DNA of 64,000 bases from Mantamonas sphyraenae STR306 (Eukaryota > Protista > CRuMs), in the NCBI GenBank assembly GCA_026936335.1, contig JAPMXV010000044.1, positions 124,001-188,000 of the forward strand. Reading direction: 5' to 3'. Both the position numbers and the translations under genes were made by a program. Below the pieces are notes generated by a model. The model saw nothing but the letters and a program-made list of their open reading frames with translations, searched no databases and was not told the origin of the DNA. Shown piece by piece: positions 1 through 11,292 of the stretch (the first letter of the stretch is position 1; the number at the start of each line of letters is the position of its first letter).

Positions 1-1202
1 GACGACGAAACCTCGTCCTCGTCCTCGTCGCCGACCTTGCCCTTGCCCTTGTTGTCCGGACGCATCTGAAAGGGACTGACGCCGCTGAGGGCCTCCAGGG
101 TCCTCCACGCGTAATGAGCCAGATGCAGGGCATCGTCCACGCTAAGGGCAGGCACCCACACCTCACCCTCCTCCAGATCGTCCTCGTCGGGGGGCTCGGT
201 GGTGCTGCGAATCTGCTTCAGCCAATGCTCAAGGATGCTGGTGAGCAAGTGACCAGGTTGTGCCAGGACACCGTGGTGGGCATAATCCCTGTCGAGTTTG
301 GCCATGGCAGTGAACGCCTCGACCTGTGCCTGCGGCTTGTTCTCCAGGACCGCAGCCACGTTGAGCCACAGTGTGCACATCGCCTTGTCCAGCCTGCTAC
401 TGGGCATGCTGTGTTCTCCGTCTCGCTGAAAGACAGCCAGCCCTGCGATGCGCTGGGCAATGTCCTCCAAACGCGTGCTGAAGCTCATCTTTTCCCACAG
501 CTCTACGCGCTTCTCCGCCAGCCCCACCATAAGCTCCCCTGTGCTCCACGCCTGCTCCAGCTCTCCTTGTTTCAGTTGCATGCGCAGTAGCTTCTCGGCG
601 TAGTCCATGCACACCAGGTTCCAGTCCGCCGCGCGAAAGACGCTCTCGTTGCATTCGATGTCCGTCACAAAGCGGCACAGGCGCAGCAGACCCGGCGTGG
701 GTTTGATGGCTCGGTTGAATGCATCTTGCTCCTGGCCATACTGAGCAAGCAGCGCCTTGGCCATTCGTGACCCCTCCTGCGTGTCGCCCTTTTCCAGGGC
801 GCTCTCCAGCGCCTCCAGCGCCGCTTCGTCGTCCTCCTGCTTGCTACCAAACAGAGCGTTGGGCATGCCCGGCTTGCCGTAGAACTCGCTCACTTCTGCT
901 GCCATGTAGCCCAGGTCCTCCCTACGTTTGCGTGTGCTTCCGCGTTTGCCCAGCCCCTTTCCGCCGCCTCCTTTGTCTCCATCGGCCCTGTTGGCTTTGC
1001 TGCTTGTCGATGCCCGTGAGCTACCCGCTGGTCCGTCGCCATTGCTGCCCTCTGTGGCCGCACTGCCCGTCCAGTATGCGGCCAGGGCGTACCCGGCCGC
1101 AGCCACCCCCAGCGCGGTGGCTGCGTATGGTACCCAGCCGTAATCGGAGTCCGACTCGTTGCTGTTTGATGATACTCCAGTGTGCGTGTCTCGTGAGCTC
1201 AT
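1..1202 (-). CDS. Hypothetical protein with an N-terminal hydrophobic signal-anchor and a helical body; runs off the window edge
   Basis: Open frame from ATG 1202 to position 1, missing from the ORF track because it has no stop in the window: MSSRDTHTG...YGWVPYAATALGVAAAGYALAAYWTG...EDLGYMAAEVSEF...; no family recognised. Confidence 0.7.
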   Translation of the reverse strand, partial: MSSRDTHTGVSSNSNESDSDYGWVPYAATALGVAAAGYALAAYWTGSAATEGSNGDGPAGSSRASTSSKANRADGDKGGGGKGLGKRGSTRKRREDLGYMAAEVSEFYGKPGMPNALFGSKQEDDEAALEALESALEKGDTQEGSRMAKALLAQYGQEQDAFNRAIKPTPGLLRLCRFVTDIECNESVFRAADWNLVCMDYAEKLLRMQLKQGELEQAWSTGELMVGLAEKRVELWEKMSFSTRLEDIAQRIAGLAVFQRDGEHSMPSSRLDKAMCTLWLNVAAVLENKPQAQVEAFTAMAKLDRDYAHHGVLAQPGHLLTSILEHWLKQIRSTTEPPDEDDLEEGEVWVPALSVDDALHLAHYAWRTLEALSGVSPFQMRPDNKGKGKVGDEDEDEVSS

Positions 1203-1313
1203 TTGTTGGGTTCCGGTCTTGTTGTTTGTTTTGTGGCTTCTTCTGCTGCGTTGGCAGGCGCGTCCTCGTGCAATGCACGGCTCCAGCCCACCCACAGAAA
1301 AAGCAAGAGATCC

Positions 1314-2627
1314 ATGCATACATTGGTTTGGCTGTGTGCTGTGGCTACCTTTCTGATGAACGGCACCCGTGCTCTGATGAGTACGGCTGTAATTCCGCTC
1401 GCGGCGGAACTGAACATGGACCCCGAGGCACAGGCTGCCGTGCTGTCATCCTTCTTCTGGGGATACCTGTTTACTCAGGTGCCTGGCGGATGGCTGGCTG
1501 CCCGGTATTCCCCCGAGGCTGTGTATGCCGTCTCCGTCGCTCTGTTTAGTCTGTTCACCCTGCTCACCCCTGTTCTCGCGTACATGGACACGGTGGGACA
1601 CGGATGGCTGTACATGGCCCGTGTTATAGTGGGTCTCTCCCAGGGTGTGTTCTATCCTGTGCAGAATCAACTGGTCGCCAAGTGGGTTGCTGTGCACGAA
1701 CGATCCACCGCTCTCGGCTTCCTCGGCGCGGCTGCTTCCAGCGCCATCCTGTTTATCATGGCCCTTTTTGGTCCCATGGACGCAGCCATGGGGTGGCACG
1801 GCCCATTCGTGTTGCTTGGAGCGTGTGGGTTGGCCTGGATGGCTGCCTGGCGTGCAGTGACAGCCGCGACCACGCCCGAAGGCCGTCCGGGTCTTGCGGA
1901 CGAGGAGCAAATGGCACTGATTGGAAACGGGGCTGATAACCATGCCAAGGACCAAGCGTCGGATGTGGTGGCCTTCCCGTGGTCCCGCGTGTGGTCTGAG
2001 CCAGCGTTGCGGTGTATTCCTGTGAACCACTTTTGCCTGAACTGGGGTGGCTTTGTGCTGTTCTCGTGGATGCCAACGTACCTACACGACGCCTTGGGAG
2101 TGCACAAGGACATGGTGGGTGTGTACACCGCCGTGCCCTACCTCTGCTCCTTTGTGAGCGTCTATGGAGCGGGCCGGCTTGCAGATCGACTGGTGTCCCA
2201 TCAGCATTGGTCTCTGCTTCGAGTGCGTCGTGTGATGAATGGCGTAGGCATGGCCACCCCGGTGGTCTTTCTGTTCCTTGCAAGCGTGTGCACAGGGGCA
2301 GCAAGCGTAACTGCTTGCATCTCTGTGGCTCTGGCTGCGTCTGTGTGCACTGTGGCAGGATACGAAGCCAACATGCTGGATGTGGCACCTCATCACGCCG
2401 GTCTTCTCATGGGGTTGTCGCAAACGGTCGGTGCTGTGCCGGGCATCGTCGGAGTGGGCTCGGTGGCCACGCTCGTCCAATGGGCAGGCGACTGGTCTCT
2501 TGTGTTTTACGTCACAGCGGCCATGTATGCAATCGGAGGCCTGTATTTCCATGCCAACGTGTCCACCTCGGTGCTGATCGATGCCCCTGCGCCGTCGCAA
2601 CCAGCAGCAGTCGACGCAGCCGAATGA
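1314..2627 (+). CDS. MFS anion:cation symporter, SLC17/sialin-like; intronless
   Basis: About 12 hydrophobic segments; SLC17 motifs LSSFFWGYLFTQVPGGWLA, GLSQGVFYP, KW..HERS, NWG...SWMPTYL, LDVAPHHAGLLMG; first in-frame ATG at 1314. Confidence 0.9.
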   Translation: MHTLVWLCAVATFLMNGTRALMSTAVIPLAAELNMDPEAQAAVLSSFFWGYLFTQVPGGWLAARYSPEAVYAVSVALFSLFTLLTPVLAYMDTVGHGWLYMARVIVGLSQGVFYPVQNQLVAKWVAVHERSTALGFLGAAASSAILFIMALFGPMDAAMGWHGPFVLLGACGLAWMAAWRAVTAATTPEGRPGLADEEQMALIGNGADNHAKDQASDVVAFPWSRVWSEPALRCIPVNHFCLNWGGFVLFSWMPTYLHDALGVHKDMVGVYTAVPYLCSFVSVYGAGRLADRLVSHQHWSLLRVRRVMNGVGMATPVVFLFLASVCTGAASVTACISVALAASVCTVAGYEANMLDVAPHHAGLLMGLSQTVGAVPGIVGVGSVATLVQWAGDWSLVFYVTAAMYAIGGLYFHANVSTSVLIDAPAPSQPAAVDAAE

Positions 2628-3684
2628 AAGACGACGTGCCTGACGTCAACACAGCTTTGGCGTTGGGCTTTTTCGCCACGGCCTGCTTCACACTCCAATA
2701 CCTGCCGCAGGCCATCTTGAATTGCCGCCGTCAGAGCATCAGCGGCTTCAGCACCCTGGGCATCATCATCAAGCATGTCGGCGCGTCCTTCCTGCTGGTC
2801 AACACATATCTGATCAACGGTGAGTTGCGTGCTCAAAGAGCGACCGCATGCACATACATCTGGACTGGAGTGGCACGTGTGCAAGGTGCGTGTGAACGTC
2901 CAGCGACGACTGACTCGACTTTTCTCTTTGTGCGCACGCGAAAAATCCCGCAGAGCCCGTGCCGGTTGTTCTGTACGGCCTCTTCAATGTCTTGCAGCAC
3001 AGCATGTTCATGGTTCAGTTCACCGTGTATGAGTCGGACACCACCTTTCTCAAGTGGTTGCTGTTCCCGCTGCTGCCGCTGTTCCTTGGCCAGTATGCGC
3101 CGTGGACCCTCTGTGAGTTTCGGGGTGGGAAACGGTCCGGGAGAAACAACGCGCGTCGGCTGACACCCTGGCCTGTACTGCTTGCGCACAGATTATACAA
3201 ACTTTGTCAAGCCTCTCGCACAGGTGTTTAGCCACTTTCCTCAGCTCTACGTGTGCTACCAGACCAAATCGACCCAGGGCTGCTCCAAAATGACGCAGCA
3301 TCTGAACCTGCTTGGAGGCATGGCTGGCCTGTACAGTACGTGCCCAGGCCCGCGCTTGTCCCAGCCAAAACCGTGCACATGAAGACTGACGCACACACAC
3401 ACACTCACACACACACACACACACACATCCACATCCACTCCACAGTGTGCTACATTATTCCGCCATACACAAACACAACGTACCTGATTTACATCAACAG
3501 CTGCTTCCAGGCCATCTCGCTGTACATAATGGCCTACCTGTACGACGGTTACCCGTTTGCTGACACGTCGGCACTGATCATGGAGAAGGTGGGTGCGGCC
3601 AAAGGCCATGCTCCGTCTGGAAAGGAAGGCAAAGAAGGCAAACCCGCGGGCAAGGGCAAACGCTTGTTGGTTGCGGATGTGTGA
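2624..3684 (+). CDS. PQ-loop repeat membrane transporter (cystinosin/PQLC-like), 4 exons
   Basis: Exons 2624-2819, 2954-3112, 3192-3335, 3446-3684 join in frame through GTGAGT/GTGAGT/GTACGT..CAG introns; two PQ motifs (LQYLPQAILN, FSHFPQLYVC); ATG overlaps the SLC17 stop. Confidence 0.85.
3392..3427. repeat. Interrupted (CA)n microsatellite in intron 3 of the PQ-loop gene
   Basis: Visible cacacacacacactcacacacac... run. Confidence 0.9.
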
Positions 3685-3756
3685 CGGGACAACATGGAAA
3701 GTGGAAAGATGGGAAATGAAAACAACACTCGTACATTCATATAATCATCATCTGCG

Positions 3757-5436
3757 TTAGCCGGAAATGAACGTTTCAGCCGCGTTGTGTGCGGTGAACA
3801 CGAGGACGGGAAACATGATTGCAAAGGTCACACTGATCAAGGCGACACGCTTGTGGCGTTCACACAGGGCAGCTGCAAGCTGCACTGGGTCATAGTGCAC
3901 TTCCGTCACCATGATCTTGCGTACCAGGTAGAACACAATCACCACGGCGACCAGGTTGGCAAAGGCGTAGCCACAAGCCACGAGGATTTCCTCATCGTTG
4001 AAATATGCGGCTCCAAACTTGTAGTACTCGGTGTTGTTTCCCCAGCGAAAGAGAACAATCATAACGATAAAGTTAATGGAGTTGATGATCTCCGAGACGA
4101 TCTCCAACCCCATGCGCTCGCTGACAGTGGTGCGATACTCGTGAAGATCGACCAGCCTGCGGATGCGTCGATCCTGAAGGCCCTTCTCCGCTTCAAGCTG
4201 CTCGTTATCCAACCCATCTTCTGGGTCCTGACTGCGGGAGGCGTTGCGAACAGCGAGCCTACGCAGCGGCGTGCTGCTGTCACTCTCGTCTGCCATCAGC
4301 GCTTCTTCTGGCTCCACCATAGTCACAGTGGAAAGCAATGGCTTTTCATGCCTGAGGAGCTTCTGCACAATGCCCGTTTGCTTGACCCTGTTGCGCACAT
4401 TGTACCCCTGCGTGCTCATGGACCACATGTACGAGCCGGTGGTGACGCACACCTCTGCAATCAGATAGGCAAGGAAGGTCGACAGCGCCGAGATGGAGGG
4501 CAGCAGCAACATGCCAAACAGATCTCCCACGCAACTGGCCACAAAGCCAAACAGCAGACCTGCATCCTTGTCGATGTTGCTGGCCAGCATGCCCGTCAAA
4601 CGCTCAAACATCACCATCAACAGCGGATATGCAATGACAGACACCGTTTGCACCATAAAGTCCCCAACCGCAAATGCTGTGCTGAAGGAGATGCACACGA
4701 TGAAGAGCATGGGTGGCAGACCGAGCATTGCCTGGCACCGCAGGAACATGTTGAAAAAAGTCGCTCCCCGCTCGGCGGCCATCTGCTCTTTCTCTTCGGC
4801 CGTGTACGCAAACCACCACAAAACTGCAGATGCGGACCACATGCCGATGCCCAACGTGGCTGGGGCAAACGGGATGGGAAAGACGCCGCCGCCCAAAGCG
4901 AGAACGCAGTACATCAGAGGTATGCCGACAGAGAGGCACAAGAACGGGACAAACCACCGCTTGGAGGGTGCAAGGAACCGTTCCACCCAGATTCGTTGCA
5001 TGCATGCAATGAGAACTGACCAGAAGCAGCTGTACCCAACGATGTAGCTGATGTTCCCCTGGGCGCCGTCTGCAATGGGTGCCAGAGGAAACGAAACCCA
5101 CGCACAGATGAATGCGAGCGGTACAAATTGCAGGAGGGCAAGGAGGTAGAGCATATGAGACATGCTCACAGGATGTGGATTTTCGCACGCGCTCACTGCA
5201 CGTGCAGCCGAGTAAACGGCGTGGTCGGCGCCGCTGGAAAGTTCGATTTTCCCCCCTTTTTGGAGCGCAGCCTTGAGAAGTGCAGCCTGGTCGTCCAGCA
5301 TGCAGTATGCACGCGCAAGTTGTGCATAGCGTTGACGCAGATCAGCCACGTCCTCTGACGTGCTGTACACGCTCCGGATGCTTCGTTGTTGCTGCGAGTC
5401 CTGCCAACTCCTTTGAGGAAGGGTCGGGCGGGACAT
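3757..5436 (-). CDS. Uncharacterised multi-pass membrane protein (about 10 TM segments); start uncertain
   Basis: About 560-codon ORF with repeated hydrophobic helices and a charged loop before the last 3 TM segments; no family recognised. Confidence 0.75.
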   Translation of the reverse strand: MSRPTLPQRSWQDSQQQRSIRSVYSTSEDVADLRQRYAQLARAYCMLDDQAALLKAALQKGGKIELSSGADHAVYSAARAVSACENPHPVSMSHMLYLLALLQFVPLAFICAWVSFPLAPIADGAQGNISYIVGYSCFWSVLIACMQRIWVERFLAPSKRWFVPFLCLSVGIPLMYCVLALGGGVFPIPFAPATLGIGMWSASAVLWWFAYTAEEKEQMAAERGATFFNMFLRCQAMLGLPPMLFIVCISFSTAFAVGDFMVQTVSVIAYPLLMVMFERLTGMLASNIDKDAGLLFGFVASCVGDLFGMLLLPSISALSTFLAYLIAEVCVTTGSYMWSMSTQGYNVRNRVKQTGIVQKLLRHEKPLLSTVTMVEPEEALMADESDSSTPLRRLAVRNASRSQDPEDGLDNEQLEAEKGLQDRRIRRLVDLHEYRTTVSERMGLEIVSEIINSINFIVMIVLFRWGNNTEYYKFGAAYFNDEEILVACGYAFANLVAVVIVFYLVRKIMVTEVHYDPVQLAAALCERHKRVALISVTFAIMFPVLVFTAHNAAETFISG

Positions 5437-5606
5437 GTGGGCGAAAAGTGTGCGTTTCGCTGCGCAATGGGAACACATGTTCCAGGAAGCATTGACACCA
5501 CGCAGGTGGTCTCATGCCCCCCTCGTGGAACAATCGCGCCATGTGTACAGTTTGCTGATGCAAGCAGTCCGCATGCAGAAGCCAGAAGCTGCGAAAAGAA
5601 GGAAGG

Positions 5607-5668
5607 TTCCCGTCTGCACTGCACTGCACTTCCCGTCTGCACTGCACTGCACAACAGTTCCCGTGCAC
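5607..5668. repeat. 23-bp tandem direct repeat (2 perfect copies plus a partial third) in an intergenic region
   Basis: TTCCCGTCTGCACTGCACTGCAC at 5607-5629 and 5630-5652; partial TTCCCGTGCAC at 5658-5668. Confidence 0.9.
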
Positions 5669-5804
5669 AAACACACACGCACAGGGAAAAGATGTCAAAG
5701 TGTGTGGAACAAAGAGCTGCATTGCATCCTTCCTTCTTCTCTCCATCGCACGAGCCTCTGCTCCACATGTCCCAAGGTTCCCAAAGCCCACAAAGTGCAA
5801 CACC

Positions 5805-8073
5805 TCACAGCTTGTCCAAAAAGTCGGCGGCACTTGGCGCCTGCATCTTGAGACCCTTGCGTTCGCGAGCCTCCATCATCAGACTCCAGGCCTCGCTTCC
5901 CTCATTCAGCGGATCGGACTCCACCGTTTCCCAGTGGTCAAACACCATCTGCGGGAAAGCCTTGCCGCTGGTCTCGGCACGCAGGTCATCTGTGAAGCCA
6001 AACGACTTGGCCACAGGCAAGTAAGCCTTGAGAGTGTACTGCGGCGTACCGGGCCGGTTCTCTTCCCAGAACACTGTGCCGCGCCGCTTGGCCACCACGC
6101 TGTACACGCCACCCATCACTTCCTCCGGACACGACACATCCACCAGGAACACAGGCTCCTGGATGCGTGCGCTGCTCGACAGCATCGTGCCGTTCATCAC
6201 ACGCCGCGTCGCCGGGATGATCTCGTTTCCACCACGGTGCACGCTGTCCTGGTGCAACAGAGCGTCCACAATGTTAAACTTGACCGAGCGCATGGGCTCA
6301 TCACACAGCGGTCCTGCGTGTGTAGCCACCTGGAAGGCACTCTGGCACGCGTCCCTCACGTCGCGCATGTGAGACTGTCCGCTGGTCTGGTCCACCAGCA
6401 CATTGGCCCCCATTTCCTCCGGTCCAAACGCCCACAGTCGCTTCACGTCGTTTGCGTTCCAGTCGTACTTGTCAACCAGGAAGCGCGTGCGTTCCTTGTC
6501 GTCCCGCATATCCTTCATGACCCCATCTTCGATGGCCACCGCCAGTTCCTCAGACATCGGCTCCGCCACCATAAACAGTCGGTTCAAGTGGTTCTTGCTC
6601 TTGGCCAGACACGGTTCCGTGACCACCTCGGTCACCGTCTCGCGCAACGGCACCACAGGGTCGCCCACCACAATCTCAAAGCCGCAAAAGTCTTCCAGAT
6701 CGCGCATGCACACAGTCAGCTGCAGCTCTCCTGCTCCAGCCACCACGTACTGGCCGCTCTCTTCCTTGCTCACTTGGATGGCAGGGTCGGTGCGCTCCAG
6801 CTGACGCAGGGCCTTGACCATGGCGTTCAGGTTGCTCGGGTTCTTCGGCTCCACCGCCATGCGCACCACAGGCGACACGCTGAACTTCATGCTCTTGAAC
6901 GTGTACGCCTCGCTCCAGTCTGTCAGCGTGGCCGTCTTGACAATGTACTCGTCCAGGCCAAACACGCCGCAGATATTGCCGCTGCTGCACGAGTCGATGG
7001 CCTCCTGGTGGGCACCCATCATCAGCACCACACGCGACACCTTCTTCTTGTACGAGTCCTTCTTGTTGCCCGGCTGGTACTCCGGACCCAGAATACGCAC
7101 TTCTGTCCCTGACCTCAGCGTGCCCGAGAACACGCGACCAAACGCCACGAAGCGACCCTGCTTGTTGGGCACCATCTTGCTCACATACATCATCAGAGGG
7201 CCCTCCGGGTCACACGCTCGGATGGCTGTGGCCGCCTCGTCGTCCATGTCGCCGTTGTACAGCAATTCTGCGCGGTAAGCCTGTGCCTGTGCGGGCGACG
7301 GCAGGTAGTTGACCACCATCTCCAGGATAGCCTTGGCGGCGCTCCATGTCTTGGGCATCACCACCTTCATCAGTTCGGCGCCGTACAGCGCACGTTCCTT
7401 CTCGCTGAGGGCCACGTCGAAATTCTCGCGCAGATCCTCGTAGAGGGCCTCACGTTCCTTCACGCCGTCGTACGTCGAATCCTGGCAGTTCTGGTAGATG
7501 CGATACAGAGGCTTGAGCACAAAGCGCACAAACGCACGCTCTGTGTTCTTGTTGGGCTTGGAGCGGAACTTCTTCTTCTCCGTGTCCCAGTACGACTCGC
7601 CCCACAGCTTGCCCATGAGCACATCCTCGTCCGCACCCAGACGCTTGGCATAGTATCGAGCCCAGTCGCGGAGGGAGAAGCCCCAGCCGTAGAGACCCGA
7701 ACCGAAGCACACGGTGCCCTTGCACGGATCCACCTGCAGGTCGCGACCCAGCGACCCGTCGTCGTAGGTGGCAATGACGGCGTTCACCGACTCGATCGAC
7801 TGTTCCAGTGTCCTGTACAGATCGTCTGGCTCCAGTTGCAGCTGATCGATGGCGCGGTCCACCTTGTTGATGAAGAGAACCGGCACGATTCGCTCGGCGA
7901 TCGCCTGTCGCAGCACCGTCTCGGTCTGCACGCACACCCCGTCGATGGCATCCACCACCACCAGAGCGCCGTCTGTAAGCCTCAGTGCAGCCGTCACCTC
8001 ACTGGAAAAGTCCACGTGGCCCGGCGAATCGATCAGATTCACCAAGAATTCCTGCTTCTTGTCCTCTTCCTCC

Positions 8074-8108
<35 letters not shown>

Positions 8109-8189
8109 GTCTGTGGTTTCCACCTGTTCCTCCACCACCTGTTGTGTCTGTTCTTCCACCTCTTGGCTTTCAAGCACCACCTGCTCTTC

Positions 8190-8229
<40 letters not shown>

Positions 8230-8528
8230 GTCGAGGCGCTGCTGCTGCCCACACCTCCCTGGATCAGTTCCAGGACCTCGCTGCGCATGTGCTTCTCCAG
8301 AAGCTGATAGTACATGGAGACGGAGGTGGACTTGATGGTGATGCCCTGCTCCTTCTCGTCCTTGCGGGTGTCCATAAACATGTTGCCCGAACCGATGCCG
8401 AATTTCTTGATCAAGTTGTCCGTCAGCGTCGTCTTGCCGTGGTCCACGTGTGCGATCACAGACATGTTGCGCACGTTCTGCTTCTTGTCCATGGTGGCTA
8501 GAAGCTCGTCATATGTGAATTTGACCAT
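5805..8528 (-). CDS. EEF2: Elongation factor 2 (divergent, probable paralogue); intronless
   Basis: MVKFT..MDKKQNVRNMSVIAHVDHGKTTLTD, NLIDSPGHVDFSSEVTAALR, INKVDR, AFGRVFSG, MKFSVSPVV, diphthamide-loop region LHQDSVHRGG, C-terminal GKAFPQMVFDHW...FLDKL. Confidence 0.95.
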
Positions 8529-8872
8529 GGTCTTGTCTCTTGCTCTCTCTTGCTACTCTGTTGCTCTGTGGCTCCCGGTGTGTTTTCACTCGCTTGCGAT
8601 TTGCCCTCTTTGGTTTCCTCGCCTTTTTGCCTTGCTTGTCTTTGCAGTGCTTGACATGGCGCCTGCTTCCACATTTCGCCTTTTCAACCCTGCCTACTCA
8701 CCCTGTTCCAGGAAATGGGCCTCTTCGCCAAGCTCGCCCCTCTCGCGCATGGCCCTTCTTCCCAGAAAATCCTGGCGCGCCGCCACACCCCCCCCTCCCC
8801 ACGTGCCACCAACAATTCACTGTTGCGCACACAGACAAACCCTCACTCCTACAGGCTCCCCCAACCTGCACC

Positions 8873-10227
8873 ATGAGCAAAGAGAGTGACGAATTCGTGC
8901 CTCTGGCCGCCCAGCGAGCCAGCCGCGCGTCCCGTGGTCAGCGGTACGTGCCTCATGCCACATATCCAGTCTGACGGCCGTCCCATCCGCATTCGTGGGG
9001 GCTTTAGACATGATCACGTGTGCACTGACACCTTTTCTGTGCTTGGCACCCTCTCTTGGGAACGCCATGGGCGGGGAAACCGATCAAACGCAGGATGACG
9101 GCGCTGATCGGGGAAGCCAAGGAGGCCGACGAGCAGTTCTGGGGCAACGACATATTCCGGGATGACGAAGAAGGCGATGACGAGTTTGACGTGGAGGCTG
9201 TGGATGGCGAAGAGGACACATACGACAGCGACTTTGACGAGGAGGTGGAGTCGGACGGCGAGGACGGAGAAGAGTCGGTTGTCAAAGAGCGCCGCAAGAA
9301 CAAGCGCTTGTACAAAGACCCCGCGCTAAAGAAGGGGAAGGGCGGACGCAAGACACGCACCGCTTCTGGCACCACCAAAGAGGCGTCGGAAGCGGATGGC
9401 GAGAGCAGCAGCCGTCGCAGCACCACCAGTAGCAGCAGGAAGCGCGGACGCGAGGAAATCGAAGCCCGAGGTGAGTGACACGTGTTGTTTGGTGGTTGCG
9501 GATGAAGGCACGGCCCGTGGCATGTGCATGGTCCGCGCTGCACGCAGGTGGATCAGGAAAGATCCTCGCAAACGTTCAGGCTGCTCACACAAGCACACAT
9601 GCAGACAAATCGTCACTAAGAAAGCGGACACGAGTGGAGAGTGAACACGCACTGATGCGTGAAAAGGCCCAAAAGGCAGAGAAGGCAGCGCGAGCGAAAA
9701 CACGGAGGAAGCCCGTTCCCAAGGTGGAGTACACCCAGGAGATGTACCTGGCCGAAGCCAAAATCATGGAGGAAATCAACACAGCATACCTTCAAGAGTA
9801 CCTTCAACAGGAGCAGCAGGAAGCAGAGGCACGCAAGGCGTCGAAGAAGAAGGCCAAAGGTCCGCACACGCGCTTCCGCTCCACCCTCGTCGCACAGGAC
9901 GAGCAAGCGTCGTCATCATCCTCATCATCATCATCATCATCGAGCAGCAGCAGCAGCAGCAGCACAAACACAAGCACACGACGCAGCGCACGCACGCAGA
10001 AAGAGTCCCTGGCGCGCCTGAACACAGTGTCGTTCAGTTCGCCCGAACTCGTGCCCGTGTTCCTCCGAAACGGAGGCCAGTCCATCGACCAACTCACCAA
10101 ACGACCACCGCGCACATGCGCAGTGACAGGCAAGCCCGCACGCTACGTCGACCCGCTCACCAAGCAACCGTATGCAGATGCGGCTGCATTTGCCGAATTG
10201 AGACGTCGCGCCGCCTCCTCACGTTGA
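8873..10227 (+). CDS. VPS72: YL1/Vps72 subunit of SWR1/SRCAP, 3 exons
   Basis: Exons 8873-8943, 9094-9470, 9605-10227; RASRGQRM, acidic DTYDSDFDEE, YTQEMYLAEA, and YL1_C domain CAVTGKPARYVDPLTKQPYA. Confidence 0.9.
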
Positions 10228-10287
10228 GTTGCGCTTCCAGAATGCCGGCCCCCAACACAATACAAATTCACGATCCCAACTCAATCA

Positions 10288-11280
10288 ATGCAACGTGTGT
10301 CACTGCAAACCATTGTGCGACGCATGCAACTTTCTAGCCAATTGGACGACGTGCTGACCACGTCATGGCCACTCACAGCTCTGCTGGAGCGTGTGACAGA
10401 CCTGGACACGCGCACATGCCAAGCACTGGTTGCCAAAGAGCGACAGCACAGAGCCGAGGGCAGGCAGGAACAAGCCGAGGTGTACGTCGAACTTGACGAG
10501 ACCCAGCAGCAGCGTCTGATGGATCTGCTTGCCATGCTGGAATTGCACATGCCTGTGCAATACCTGTTCAGCCCACAGCCCTTTTTAGACCTCAATCTGC
10601 ATCTGAGTCCTCCTGTCTTTCTCCCAAGGCCAGAGACGGAGGCGTGGGTGGACGACTTGCTTCCGCAACTGCGTCCTCACACCGAGAACGGGACTCCCTT
10701 TCGCGTCCTCGACGTCTGCTCGGGCTCCGGATGCATTGGACTCGCTGTGGCTGCGCATCTGCACAAGAAAGGGTCACAGGTGTCTGTGCTTGGCGTGGAC
10801 CAGGGCCACCACGCCGTCAGCACAGCGATCCGCAACGCACGCGCCAACCAGCTACCTGAGCACGTGTACCACGCCGTGCAAATGGATGCCCTTCATCTCA
10901 ACCAAACAAGCGAATCAGGGCACTTGGTGTGGCCCAGCTTGCCCAGCAGCCATGCCTGGGCGGCCGACGACAACGTGGAGGTGGATCTCGTCGTAGCCAA
11001 CCCGCCCTACATCCTACCGGACGACTATCGCCAACTCGACCCTCACATCCAACTGCACGAGGACCCGCTGGCCCTAAGCCATCCACACATGGAGCAGATC
11101 ATTGATTCCATTGTCAACTTTGCCGCACGTCGCCTACGCGAATCCCCGCCGTCGCAACCGGCCCTTTGCCTCGAAGTCGGCGCTGAGCTCATGGCACACA
11201 CCATCGACAGCGCCACACAGATGCACATGCGCACTCTGCGGCAGTCGCTGGGCATGGTAGCCTTTGCTTCGCCTGCGTGA
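10288..11280 (+). CDS. HEMK1: HemK/PrmC-type release-factor glutamine methyltransferase (HEMK1/MTQ1-like)
   Basis: PVQYL, VFLPRPETE, SAM motif DVCSGSGCIG, NPPY, HEDPLAL. Confidence 0.85.
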   Translation: MQRVSLQTIVRRMQLSSQLDDVLTTSWPLTALLERVTDLDTRTCQALVAKERQHRAEGRQEQAEVYVELDETQQQRLMDLLAMLELHMPVQYLFSPQPFLDLNLHLSPPVFLPRPETEAWVDDLLPQLRPHTENGTPFRVLDVCSGSGCIGLAVAAHLHKKGSQVSVLGVDQGHHAVSTAIRNARANQLPEHVYHAVQMDALHLNQTSESGHLVWPSLPSSHAWAADDNVEVDLVVANPPYILPDDYRQLDPHIQLHEDPLALSHPHMEQIIDSIVNFAARRLRESPPSQPALCLEVGAELMAHTIDSATQMHMRTLRQSLGMVAFASPA

Positions 11281-11292
11281 TCTCTCGGAGCC

